Made by a program: the position numbers and the translations under genes. From a virus (Duplodnaviria > Caudoviricetes): a stretch of 24,432 nucleotides of DNA. Numbering within the stretch: position 1 is the first letter of the stretch; every line of letters starts with the position of its first letter. Positions 15,992-24,432 of the stretch are shown one piece after another. The notes under the pieces are model-generated. The model had not been told where the DNA came from. It saw nothing but the letters and a program-made list of their open reading frames with translations, and did no database searches. Where the stretch lies: IMG/VR virus record IMGVR_UViG_3300031965_000131, positions 1 through 24,432 of that record, one strand, 5' to 3'.

Positions 15992-17064
15992 GGCCTGAAC
16001 CCGTCGATGTCGAAGGTCAGCTCCGTCGACGCCATCATGAGCGACTCCCACGTCAGCCCTTCCTCCTCCGATAGGCGGCCGACGACGAGGGGGAGGACAG
16101 CCGTGACGCCCGCGGTCCACGCCTTGCGCAGGCCGAGGGACAGGACGAGCTGATCGGCCTCGACCGATTCGATGGTCTGTGCCTCCCAGTTGTAGGGATC
16201 CGTCCACAGCAGGACGAGGCCTCCGGGTTCGAAGGGGATGTCCGTGGTGTCACAGTAGACGAGCAGATCATCGGGGACGGCGTCCTGGGCGAGCTCGGCC
16301 CGGAATTGCCAGCGCGCGACCCCGAAGGGCCGAGCCTGATTGCCGAAGAGGATCGCGCCGGCCATCTGTGCGTCGCGCAGCTCGTTGAGGAGCGCCGCGT
16401 AGGTGATCGTCCCGATCGGCACCTCGCGCAGCTGGATCCGTTGCTCCATGCCCCGGAAGGACTCGAGGATGTCGGTCATGTAGCCGAACGTCTCGCGGAC
16501 CGGCTCCGCCCAGTTCGGCGGGAACGGGAACGGGATCAGCCGGAAGCCCAGGATCCGGATGTTCGTCCCCGCCGGGTCGAGGGACGTAAAGACCCACGTG
16601 ATCAGGTTGTCGATCAAGGGGTCCCCCTCGGCGAAGACCTTGATCTCGTAGATCTGGGAGTCCGACGACGGGAAGTGGGCGGGCTGGCCGAGGTGGTCCA
16701 CGACCTCGATCCCGGCGGGCCCGGCGACGGTGATCTCCTCCATCGTCTTTGCGCGAGAGTGGAAGGCGTTCCAGACCTCGACTTCGATCTCCTGCTCGGA
16801 GACGACAGCCCCGAGATCTCGCCGGCGAGGGATCACGTGGATCCGGTTGAGGATCGCGAGATCCTGGACGGGAGCGCCGGCGCCGGTCATCGCGAACGCG
16901 TCCGGGCGCGGATCGGCCAGCCCCCCGGGTGTGCCGCCGAGAACTGACACGAGGTGCAGAGGCTGGGCAGTCGGGAGATCAAGGACCGCTCCGGAAAGGT
17001 CCGTCGACGCTCCAGCTCCCGGGCCCAGGTGGAGCGGCGCGGGGATTTCGACCGCGGCTGGCAT
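15988..17064 (-). CDS. Virion structural protein, N-terminal half of a D3112-type distal tail protein
   Basis: NRIHVIP..DLG.VVSEQ...VWNA, FPPNWAEPVRE, EQRIQLR motifs. Confidence 0.85.
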   Translation of the reverse strand: MPAAVEIPAPLHLGPGAGASTDLSGAVLDLPTAQPLHLVSVLGGTPGGLADPRPDAFAMTGAGAPVQDLAILNRIHVIPRRRDLGAVVSEQEIEVEVWNAFHSRAKTMEEITVAGPAGIEVVDHLGQPAHFPSSDSQIYEIKVFAEGDPLIDNLITWVFTSLDPAGTNIRILGFRLIPFPFPPNWAEPVRETFGYMTDILESFRGMEQRIQLREVPIGTITYAALLNELRDAQMAGAILFGNQARPFGVARWQFRAELAQDAVPDDLLVYCDTTDIPFEPGGLVLLWTDPYNWEAQTIESVEADQLVLSLGLRKAWTAGVTAVLPLVVGRLSEEEGLTWESLMMASTELTFDIDGFRP

Positions 17065-17067
17065 CGT

Positions 17068-18135
17068 CTAGGCGGCCTTACGGACCGCGAAGAACGGGAA
17101 GAGCATGTAGTCCAGACCGCCGACCTGATAGATCTCGCCGGCGGCGAAGCCGTTCCCGACCGCCTCGGTCCAGAAGACGGTGGGAGGATAGCCGACCGGG
17201 GCCCACCGGTCTCCCGGGTCGGTCTCCAAGAAGCAGTGGAGGGGCAGCAAAAGGGCGCCGGCGAAAGCGCTCTGGAGGGTCCGTTCCCCGGGGCCGCCGG
17301 ACCCGTCGTCCCAGAGATACTGGTAGTTGGGGTACTCGTCCTCTTCCATGCCTCCCTGCGCGGCGAGGCACTTGTTGAGCGCGTCGCGCATCCGACGGCC
17401 CGTCCAGCCGTAGCTATCGTTCTCGCTCTTGCAATCCGAAATCCAGCGGTCGGACCACGAGGCGATGTCGACGAAGACAAACGCGGTCGCGTGGGTCAAA
17501 AGTGACCCGGACGTCGCCGAGGTATCCTCATCGGTGTGAGACATCGGGGGGTAAGAGGTGAGGTCGAAGCCTCGGCGAACGGAGACGTCGCCGGCCTCGG
17601 CGGTGTTCAGTCGCGCGCTCGAGCTTGCGAAGAAATACGGGAAATCCTCGGGGAGAGACGCTCGTTGCATCGAGGGACCCCATCCCATGTGGCAGAAGAT
17701 CCCCGGGGACCGCTCCACCACCACCGTGATGTGGTCGTTGCCGTCGTCGAAGAAGTGGTAGGCCGCGACCGACCCAGAGGGGAGGTTCATCCCGCAGCCG
17801 ACGATCGTCGTATCGAACGGTCGCCGCGGTCCGCCGGGCTGGGCGTCCCAGGGGGCCCCGGCGCTCCAGCCGGTCCCCAGGTAGAACCCGATCCCGTAAC
17901 CGCCGTTTCCGAGGTCGTGGAAGCCGCCGCCGACGAACTTGGTCCAAATCCGCTCATTCATGGCGGCGCGGAAGTTCAGATGGAGGCTCCCGGACTTCAG
18001 GAGGTGCGCTCTCCATCCCGCGCCGTCCGCCGCGGAAAGGTTGATGGTCCATCCCTGGTTGGAAAGCCATGTCACCAAGGTCTGGAGGAGATTCGTAGGG
18101 GAGCTAGAGATCCCCGTCTGGTAGCTCGCGGCCAT
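17068..18135 (-). CDS. Virion structural (tail) protein
   Basis: SYQTG....LL..L..W...GWT N-terminus and GEIYQVGG.DYMLFP C-terminus typical of post-tape-measure proteins. Confidence 0.8.
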   Translation of the reverse strand: MAASYQTGISSSPTNLLQTLVTWLSNQGWTINLSAADGAGWRAHLLKSGSLHLNFRAAMNERIWTKFVGGGFHDLGNGGYGIGFYLGTGWSAGAPWDAQPGGPRRPFDTTIVGCGMNLPSGSVAAYHFFDDGNDHITVVVERSPGIFCHMGWGPSMQRASLPEDFPYFFASSSARLNTAEAGDVSVRRGFDLTSYPPMSHTDEDTSATSGSLLTHATAFVFVDIASWSDRWISDCKSENDSYGWTGRRMRDALNKCLAAQGGMEEDEYPNYQYLWDDGSGGPGERTLQSAFAGALLLPLHCFLETDPGDRWAPVGYPPTVFWTEAVGNGFAAGEIYQVGGLDYMLFPFFAVRKAA

Positions 18136-18137
18136 TT

Positions 18138-19775
18138 TTAGTCCAGCCCAACCGCGCAGAAGTCGTCACGGTCGTTGCGAAAGATATTGGGGAGCACGAT
18201 CCAGTCGACCTGGCCGCTCCGGATCAAGGTCTCAGCCGTCAGGCCCTGACCGGACACAACCGCGATGCCCGGGAGCTGCGCGGGCGTGTTGTACCCCATC
18301 CCGACGTTCCCGATCATCATCATGACCGGCCAAAGGTCGTAGTTGCCGTCGGGGCCGGGATCGAGCTGGGAGAGACCGCAGCGGGTCGGCCACAGGATGT
18401 GCCGATCGACGTTGGGCGTGCCGGTGATACTGTCGCTGAGCGTCCCCTCGAGGGCCTTCCAGGCGCCGTCGAGGTTCCGAACCCTCAACTGCGAATGCCA
18501 GGGGGGCTGTTCGCCGGAAGCGCTCGGTGCGGCGCCCACGTCGGCGTGGGTGGGTGCGCGGTGCCGATTGTCGGAGAGAGACCAACGGTAATCTGTGTCG
18601 TTCCAAAGGAGGAACTCCCCGTGAGAGAGACTTCCACCGAGGACCACAGGATAGGGCCACTGGTTGGGAGAGTAGTAGGGCTCCGCAAGACCCAGGACCG
18701 CGATCTCGTACTGGGTCGAGATCTTGGCGATGACGATGACGCGCCGGCCGTCGCAGATGAACCAGTAGGGGATGGTGTCGTCCCAGAGCGGCAGGTAGAG
18801 GTTCCCTTGGAACCCCGCCTGCTGATAGAAGCGCGAGGTGGAGAGCCACGCGTCCATGCCGGCCAATTCCCAGTTGAAGTAGTCGGCATCTTGGCGCTCG
18901 AAGGCGTGGATGCCCACGAAGATCTCGGAATCCCCGTCGTTGCCCGGAGCCTGCCAAACGTACTCGTTGAAACAGGCGTCGACGTCGTCCGACTGCCGGA
19001 ACATCCGCAGATTCCCCATCCGACACTGCGTGAAGCGAAGAGACGTGATGTGCCACCGGTACAGGGTGGCAGCCACCGGGGAGGCGATCGCGAACGTCTG
19101 TGGAATACCGTCGGCGAAGATGATCCCGGCCTGGGTGTCGAGCGTCACCCAATCCCCACCATCCCAATACTGGAGTTCCCAGTCCTCTGGGTGCTGCCCG
19201 GTTGCTTCCCAGGCCGTCAGCTCGTAGGAGTCGATCGTCTCGGCCTCGAAGAAGGTGATCTCCACGTTCTGTGGAATCGTGACGGATCCCAGGTTTTCCC
19301 AGGACCGAAGCGAGAGCGCAGAAAGATTGAACGGCCAGATGTTGAGCTTTCCGTCCACGAGGTTCTGGGCCCCGTTGATGCCTTCGTTGACCTGCGTGGC
19401 CAGGATCCGGCAGCCGCGCGACCGCCGTAGGCTGGTCCACTTGGGAGCTGTCGAGAGCGTGAACTCATCGCCGGCGACGAAGGCCGTGCCGCCGGCTGTC
19501 AGCAGAAACTCGATCTTCGCGTGGGAGAAAGGCGTGCCCACGGTCGCCGGGCCGATCGACCCCGAGACGCTCCCGACGACGTCGAAGGAAGTCGCGGAGG
19601 TCGCGGTGATCTCGAAGGTCTCGGCGACCGAGGACGCCCCGCCGGAATAGGCGGTGAGCGTGCCGTTACCGGTGCCGGCGTAGGAAAGCCCGAAGGCCGA
19701 CCCCTTCCCCGTCAGGAACGTGTGGAGCCGCTCCAGGAGGTCGTTGTAGTCGTCGGCCGTCCCGGTGACGAACAT
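18138..19775 (-). CDS. Virion structural (tail) protein with an inserted discoidin/F5-8-type C domain
   Basis: TGTA.DY.DLL..L N-terminus; YWFICDGRRVIVIAK and QWPYPVVLGG; internal NLVDG...IDSYEL...PEDWELQY..G.DWVTLD...YRWHIT. Confidence 0.8.
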   Translation of the reverse strand: MFVTGTADDYNDLLERLHTFLTGKGSAFGLSYAGTGNGTLTAYSGGASSVAETFEITATSATSFDVVGSVSGSIGPATVGTPFSHAKIEFLLTAGGTAFVAGDEFTLSTAPKWTSLRRSRGCRILATQVNEGINGAQNLVDGKLNIWPFNLSALSLRSWENLGSVTIPQNVEITFFEAETIDSYELTAWEATGQHPEDWELQYWDGGDWVTLDTQAGIIFADGIPQTFAIASPVAATLYRWHITSLRFTQCRMGNLRMFRQSDDVDACFNEYVWQAPGNDGDSEIFVGIHAFERQDADYFNWELAGMDAWLSTSRFYQQAGFQGNLYLPLWDDTIPYWFICDGRRVIVIAKISTQYEIAVLGLAEPYYSPNQWPYPVVLGGSLSHGEFLLWNDTDYRWSLSDNRHRAPTHADVGAAPSASGEQPPWHSQLRVRNLDGAWKALEGTLSDSITGTPNVDRHILWPTRCGLSQLDPGPDGNYDLWPVMMMIGNVGMGYNTPAQLPGIAVVSGQGLTAETLIRSGQVDWIVLPNIFRNDRDDFCAVGLD

Positions 19776-19777
19776 CT

Positions 19778-22312
19778 TCAGTTCCCCAGGGCCGCGCGGA
19801 TCGCGCGGCGGTTCTTGCTCATGGCCTTGACCAGGATCCGCTGCCCGGCTGGACTTTCGAGGTGGCTGAGGATGAGGCCCTCGTCGAGCCCGATGAGGAG
19901 ACGACCGTCCAGGCTCCCCGCGGTTCCCCGACGGCCTTCCCCTACGAGCCCGCCCGCGGCGAACTGCGGGATGTAGGGCCTGACGGAAGGCACCTGAACC
20001 AGACCCCGGCCGCTCCTGTTGAGCGCCTCGAGGTGCTCGAGAATGCCCGGTTCTCGCACGATGGCCGCGCGCACCAGATACTCGCCTCGGGAGAACCAGG
20101 CGAGGTTCGAGTCGGAGGTGCCTGTTCCCCCGCCTCGAAGAAGGCCTCCCGTGGCCTTCTTCGGGGCCCCTCCGCCGGCGAATCCCGGGATCGAGGAGAT
20201 GATGGAGGTCGCGATCTTCTGGGCGGCGAGTCGTCGGAGGTCGGCCAGGATCGAGAGCACCATGTCCCGGAATGCCTCTCGGACGGACTTCGATCCGGTG
20301 ACCCCCGTATCGAAGAACTCGGCGAGCGCGTCACGGCCGGCGTCGAGTGCGACTGCGGCAAAGGTCTCGAGCGATCCCCGAGCACCTTCGATGGAGAGCC
20401 CGAGATTGTGGACGGCGTCCGAGAAGGCCACGGCCTGGGCGATCTTTTCCGGATCTCCCGTCGCCCGGGCTGCCGCCTCGAGGCCCTGGGCCAGGCGCTC
20501 AAGGGCCGCGAGACGCTCCTCCTCGATCGCGAGGAGCTGCTGCTCGCCCTGGACCTGGGAGAGGAGCCCTGCCGAGATCCGGGCCTCGATCTCCGCTCGG
20601 GCGGCGTCGAGTTCGGAGAGCGCACCTTCCGCCTGCCGTTTCGCCTCGTCGAACCGTATCCCCGTCTCGAGGGACCGGCGCAGGCGGTCCAGCGTCGCCT
20701 GCCGCTCCGCGTCCGGGGCTCCCTGCTTGCGAAGGAGGAGATCGGCCTTCCTGATCTCCTCGTCGATCCCCAGGAGCGCCGCCTCGAGGCGCTTGCCCTG
20801 GGCTTCGAGGATCTCCTTCTCGATCGCGAGCCGTTCCTGGCCGAGCTTGCGGACGGCGTCCCGCTCCTCGGCAAGCAGCGCCGCGACCGCTTCGCCATGC
20901 TCGAGGCGAGCCTTGGCCAGTTCCGCCTCGATCTTCCCCTCTTCCTGGAGCCGGCGGCCGGGATCGGGCTCGGCCTCGAGGAGGCCGCGCTTCTGCTCAA
21001 GGACCTCGATCTCCTTCGCGAGAGCATCCTCCGCAATCCGACGGCGCGCGGCGAAGTAGGCCCGGATGTCTTTGAGCCCTTCCTCGAAGGCTCGCTTCTC
21101 GGCCGCGTTGCGCAGGCCCGCCATCGTCCTGGCGAGGGCCAGCTCGCGGTCGAGGGTCGCTTGCATCGCCTGCGCTCGCTTGGCGGCGAGTTCAGAAGGA
21201 TCTTCTGTGAGATCTCCTGGCGGCGTCTCTTCGCGCGGCTTGGGTGGGGGCGGTGTGGTTGTCAGGAGTTCGAACCGAGCTTTCATGCGCTCCGCCAACG
21301 CAGCATTCTCTGCCTCGATCGTCTGGTTCGCGGCTCGTGCGAACGCCTTCGCCTCATCGAAACGGCCGCGGACGAAAGACCAGAACGCTCGAGCGCTGGA
21401 GTCGACCTTGATGAGCAGGAACCCCAGATAGGTGCCGATCAGGTCAAAGCCGGCGCGCACAACGGTGACCATGAACTTCACGACGAGGCCCATTCCTTGT
21501 CCGAAGTTCTCCCAGACCTGCGTCGCCCGCTTGATGTCCCCACCCACGATCTGGAGTGCCTGGGAGAGATGCGGTACGAGGCCCGCGGCAATCCTTGTCC
21601 CGATGCCCTCGGCCTGGGCCTTCAGGAGCTCGAAGTCACTGTTCATTTGGCGGGCGGAATCGGCGAGCTTGGTGTCGATCAGGACCCCGAGCTCGCGGGC
21701 ACGCTCGATCACCCTCCCGAGCCCTTCGTCCGCCAGGGCGTTCATCGTCGGGATCAGGTTCGCCCCCGAGCTCCCGAAGATGTCCATGGCCGTCTTGGTC
21801 TTCTGGATCGGGGCAGGCATTTCCGAGATGCGCTTCGCTATCAGCTCGAAGATCTCGACGGAATCCTTTCCCTTAAAATCCCGGATCGTGAGCCTAAGAT
21901 TCCGAAGAGTGGCAATCGCCTTCGGGTTTCCCTGGGCTGCCTCGGCGAGGAACTTGTTTTGGTTGGCGAGCGCCGCTCCCATCTCCTCGAGGCTGGAGGC
22001 GGAAGTGCGGGCCACGAGGTGGAGAGCGGAGAGATGCTCGGTCGAGGCCCCGACCTTCTGGCCAAGCTTCCCGATCTGGTCGGCCGCGTCGGTTGAGGAT
22101 TTGATCCACTGCTTGAACTGGGCGACCCCGAGAGCAACGCCAATGAATCCCAAGAGCTTAGTCGTCGATCCGAGGGCGCGGTTGAGCCCGAGGAAACCTC
22201 GGGATTGCTTGGCTGAGGTCTTCTCGGTCTCGGCTTGGACCTTTTTCAGCGCCGCGACGACTTCCGCGACGCCTTCGGCCGACAATCGCACGCGAACATC
22301 AGGAGTCGGCAT
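19778..22312 (-). CDS. Tape measure protein
   Basis: 844 aa, helical and Ala/Glu/Arg-rich; IFGSSGANLIP and ATGGLLRGGGTGTSDS..AWFSRGEYLV motifs. Confidence 0.92.
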   Translation of the reverse strand: MPTPDVRVRLSAEGVAEVVAALKKVQAETEKTSAKQSRGFLGLNRALGSTTKLLGFIGVALGVAQFKQWIKSSTDAADQIGKLGQKVGASTEHLSALHLVARTSASSLEEMGAALANQNKFLAEAAQGNPKAIATLRNLRLTIRDFKGKDSVEIFELIAKRISEMPAPIQKTKTAMDIFGSSGANLIPTMNALADEGLGRVIERARELGVLIDTKLADSARQMNSDFELLKAQAEGIGTRIAAGLVPHLSQALQIVGGDIKRATQVWENFGQGMGLVVKFMVTVVRAGFDLIGTYLGFLLIKVDSSARAFWSFVRGRFDEAKAFARAANQTIEAENAALAERMKARFELLTTTPPPPKPREETPPGDLTEDPSELAAKRAQAMQATLDRELALARTMAGLRNAAEKRAFEEGLKDIRAYFAARRRIAEDALAKEIEVLEQKRGLLEAEPDPGRRLQEEGKIEAELAKARLEHGEAVAALLAEERDAVRKLGQERLAIEKEILEAQGKRLEAALLGIDEEIRKADLLLRKQGAPDAERQATLDRLRRSLETGIRFDEAKRQAEGALSELDAARAEIEARISAGLLSQVQGEQQLLAIEEERLAALERLAQGLEAAARATGDPEKIAQAVAFSDAVHNLGLSIEGARGSLETFAAVALDAGRDALAEFFDTGVTGSKSVREAFRDMVLSILADLRRLAAQKIATSIISSIPGFAGGGAPKKATGGLLRGGGTGTSDSNLAWFSRGEYLVRAAIVREPGILEHLEALNRSGRGLVQVPSVRPYIPQFAAGGLVGEGRRGTAGSLDGRLLIGLDEGLILSHLESPAGQRILVKAMSKNRRAIRAALGN

Positions 22313-22646
22313 GCCTTGGCCGTCCTCTCAAGATGTCCGGGGGTCTGGGGGGATTGGTGCGGGACTTCTGGTGGGGCGCCGTGATGCACCAACAGAGGAG
22401 CTGGTGGCGGTAGTCCTCCATGGCCAGCGCTCTCATCCGCCGGCGGTATGAAGAGAGAGCGACGCGGAGGGGCCAGCGGATGATCCGCTCCGCGCGTTCG
22501 TGATCTCCGTCGGCGATCTCTCGGACGAGATCCGTCCAGGACCCGTAGCGGCCGGGCCCGCTTTCTCCGCCGTCGCGGTCGGGATCGCCTCGTCGGACGA
22601 GGACGTCTTCGAAGTCCACAAGGAGACGATCCCGGTCTCGAAAAAA
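22299..22646 (-). CDS. Tail assembly chaperone extension (gpT-like), reached by -1 frameshift
   Basis: Open -1 frame ending at the tape measure start; T TTT TTC slippery heptamer at 22640-22646 in the correct phase. Confidence 0.7.
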   Translation of the reverse strand, partial: FFRDRDRLLVDFEDVLVRRGDPDRDGGESGPGRYGSWTDLVREIADGDHERAERIIRWPLRVALSSYRRRMRALAMEDYRHQLLCWCITAPHQKSRTNPPRPPDILRGRPRHADS

Positions 22647-23020
22647 GAGGCGAGAAGGGAGAGGACGAGGCTTCGGATCCGGGCCTTGTCCTCGGGTTCG
22701 CGGAGCCGGCCAAGGAAACGCGCGGTCTCCTCGCCCATCTCGCGGGTCCACGCCTCCCCCGGGTCTCTGTCCCTTGGAGCCGCTTCCTCCGGGACCAGGA
22801 GGCACCCGAGGAGGTCGAGGATGGTCCCGCTCTCGACCGTCGCCTCGAGGAGCCGGCGGGCAAAGGCCTCAGGGCTTTCCCCGGCCTCGATCGTGACCTC
22901 GTCGATCCGGGCCCGCCTGACGAGCGCCAGGAAGTGGAAGTCCTGATCGACGGTAGATTCCCCCAGCGCGAGGAAGGTTCGGCCGGCGAGGACGTGCTTT
23001 TCTGGCGTCTCCGGCGTCAT
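22433..23020 (-). CDS. Tail assembly chaperone (gpG-like)
   Basis: ATG 23020 (TAATG overlap); lies between the major tail and tape measure genes. Confidence 0.8.
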   Translation of the reverse strand: MTPETPEKHVLAGRTFLALGESTVDQDFHFLALVRRARIDEVTIEAGESPEAFARRLLEATVESGTILDLLGCLLVPEEAAPRDRDPGEAWTREMGEETARFLGRLREPEDKARIRSLVLSLLASFFETGIVSLWTSKTSSSDEAIPTATAEKAGPAATGPGRISSERSPTEITNARSGSSAGPSASLSLHTAGG

Positions 23021-23787
23021 TACGCGACCTTGATCATCAGGAAGTGAGGCTCGTTCGGATGGACCACGGCGTCGGACTCGATGTCCCCGACCATGGTCCA
23101 TTGGCCGTACTCGTCGGCGATGAAGCCGAGCGCCCCGTCAGAGCGGATCGAAGCCCGCCAGATCTCGATCTCGTACTTGGGACCGCGGGCGGGATCCCCG
23201 ATGAATCGCAGGTAGCCCTTGACGGAGGTCTGGTTCATGCCGCGGACGGTGGGAAGCGCGATCGTCCCGTAGGTGTAATCCACGAGCAGATCCGAGCCGT
23301 CGGCGATCGCTCCGCCCTCGACGATGTAGATCCTGCCGGAGACGGCGTCGACCAGGTAGTCGTCGGTGACGTCGTAGGTGGTGCCGGCCGGGTCGCTCGT
23401 GACGACGACGGCGCTCACATCCCGGAAGAGGAGCGGGTAGTAGCGGCCTTGGAGGACATTCCCGACAGCCTCATCGGTGATGCCGGCGGTCGACTGCGAG
23501 AGGGTCGAGTTGTCCCCGAAGAGGGCCATGGCGAGGTTCTCCTTGGAGAACTCGTCGCCGGCGATCCGCAGCGCGAGGGTCGTCCTCAAGACGTCCGACG
23601 CGATGAGATCGGCCGCCTTGTCCGCTGAGCTGTACTTCTTGATGTCCTCGGAGGTCGGAGTGACCTCGAACGTCGGACAGTTGCCCAAGAAGAGCTCGCC
23701 TGTTCGCAGGCCGGCGGAATCGAAGCGATCGAAGTAGATCTTCCCGCGGCCCAGCAGGATGTTATTTCCGTTCACGTTCTGGGGCAT
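23020..23787 (-). CDS. Major tail tube protein
   Basis: LGRGKIYF...FLGNCP...SKENLAMALFG...DYLVDAVSGRI...LRFIGD; GGAG RBS. Confidence 0.88.
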   Translation of the reverse strand: MPQNVNGNNILLGRGKIYFDRFDSAGLRTGELFLGNCPTFEVTPTSEDIKKYSSADKAADLIASDVLRTTLALRIAGDEFSKENLAMALFGDNSTLSQSTAGITDEAVGNVLQGRYYPLLFRDVSAVVVTSDPAGTTYDVTDDYLVDAVSGRIYIVEGGAIADGSDLLVDYTYGTIALPTVRGMNQTSVKGYLRFIGDPARGPKYEIEIWRASIRSDGALGFIADEYGQWTMVGDIESDAVVHPNEPHFLMIKVA

Positions 23788-23805
23788 AGCTCCTCCCGGC
23801 CCTTT

Positions 23806-24276
23806 TTAGGCGGCCTGCTCCGCGTCGTCGGCGCGGGACTGGTAGTAAATCCGGAACCTCGTGGTCGCCCGGCAGAATGAGGTTTCCGCTTGCTCGTACT
23901 CGAACCTCGTGTCCACCTCGTCGGGCGGGTCGTTGGCCAGTCCCCCGAGGCTTCCGGCCGCGGCGAGAGCTTTGGTCGCCCAGGCGAGAGTCGCGTCAGC
24001 CGCCTTGTCGGGCTCCTGGCCGCTCCCCGCTTTCTGAAGCGTCTCGATCGCCACGAGGACGTGCCGGCGGACGACGGGCCCGCGCGATGTGCGTCGCTCC
24101 TTTGGATCGCGCATCGCCTCCACGACCTCTTGGGACTGGTAGATGGTGTTGGCGGGGAGCTGGTCGACGTTGGGGGAATCGATCCGCGTCCGTATGAACT
24201 CGGGCAATCCGGCCGGGCGGGCGGTGTTGAGGGCCGTCACGGCGGCCGCAACGATCTGTTCGCGGATCGTGCTCAC
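23806..24276 (-). CDS. Tail terminator / tail completion protein
   Basis: SIREQI-like N-terminus, SLGGLA, C-terminal F.IYY; position upstream of the major tail gene. Confidence 0.78.
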   Translation of the reverse strand: MSTIREQIVAAAVTALNTARPAGLPEFIRTRIDSPNVDQLPANTIYQSQEVVEAMRDPKERRTSRGPVVRRHVLVAIETLQKAGSGQEPDKAADATLAWATKALAAAGSLGGLANDPPDEVDTRFEYEQAETSFCRATTRFRIYYQSRADDAEQAA

Positions 24277-24432
24277 GGCGTCCTCAGGACAATGCGCGTC
24301 ATGGCGCCGTCACCGTAGGGGCCGGTCCTCAGGACCTTCCGGGCCGCCCCCGCGACCGTTATGTCGACTCCCGAGGCGAGGCCTGGGAGGGATCCGGTCT
24401 CGATGTGGACCGATTCGTCGCCGGCCATGATG
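24273..24432 (-). CDS. Head-tail joining protein (3' part; runs off the window)
   Basis: Open frame ...GVDITVAGAARKVLRTGPYGDGAMTRIVLRTP*, GTGA overlap with the next gene. Confidence 0.65.
   Translation of the reverse strand, partial: IMAGDESVHIETGSLPGLASGVDITVAGAARKVLRTGPYGDGAMTRIVLRTP

Noticed and set aside
19862-22096. 744-aa plus-strand ORF and other long antisense ORFs
   Set aside because: They are shadows of high-GC coding genes on the minus strand and show no protein-like motifs.

Overview
High-GC temperate siphophage segment with essentially all genes on the minus strand. In transcription order (right to left): head-tail joining gene (partial), tail terminator, major tail protein, tail assembly chaperone with a -1 frameshift, tape measure, a D3112/YuA-type tail-tip module, a lysis cassette (XhlA-like holin, orphan membrane sensor domain, DUF5675 peptidase, 3TM holin), a short tyrosine integrase broken by two +1 indels, a ~500-bp structured intergenic region, and an early/replication operon (wHTH protein, small Zn-finger proteins, ParB-like protein, replication initiator with internal iterons). 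The main signal is 8160-8630. It has the 5' half of a tRNA-Asp(GTC), likely an attP that restores the 5' end, at the apex of a ~195-nt imperfect hairpin. It is flanked by convergent promoters, a terminator and a leader with alternative pairings. No repressor gene is visible in this window, which suggests a lysis/lysogeny switch based on recombination and RNA. Several genes in the left half appear to carry single-base insertions, probably consensus errors, so fine detail there needs read-level checking. Family assignments come from motif recall, not database searches.
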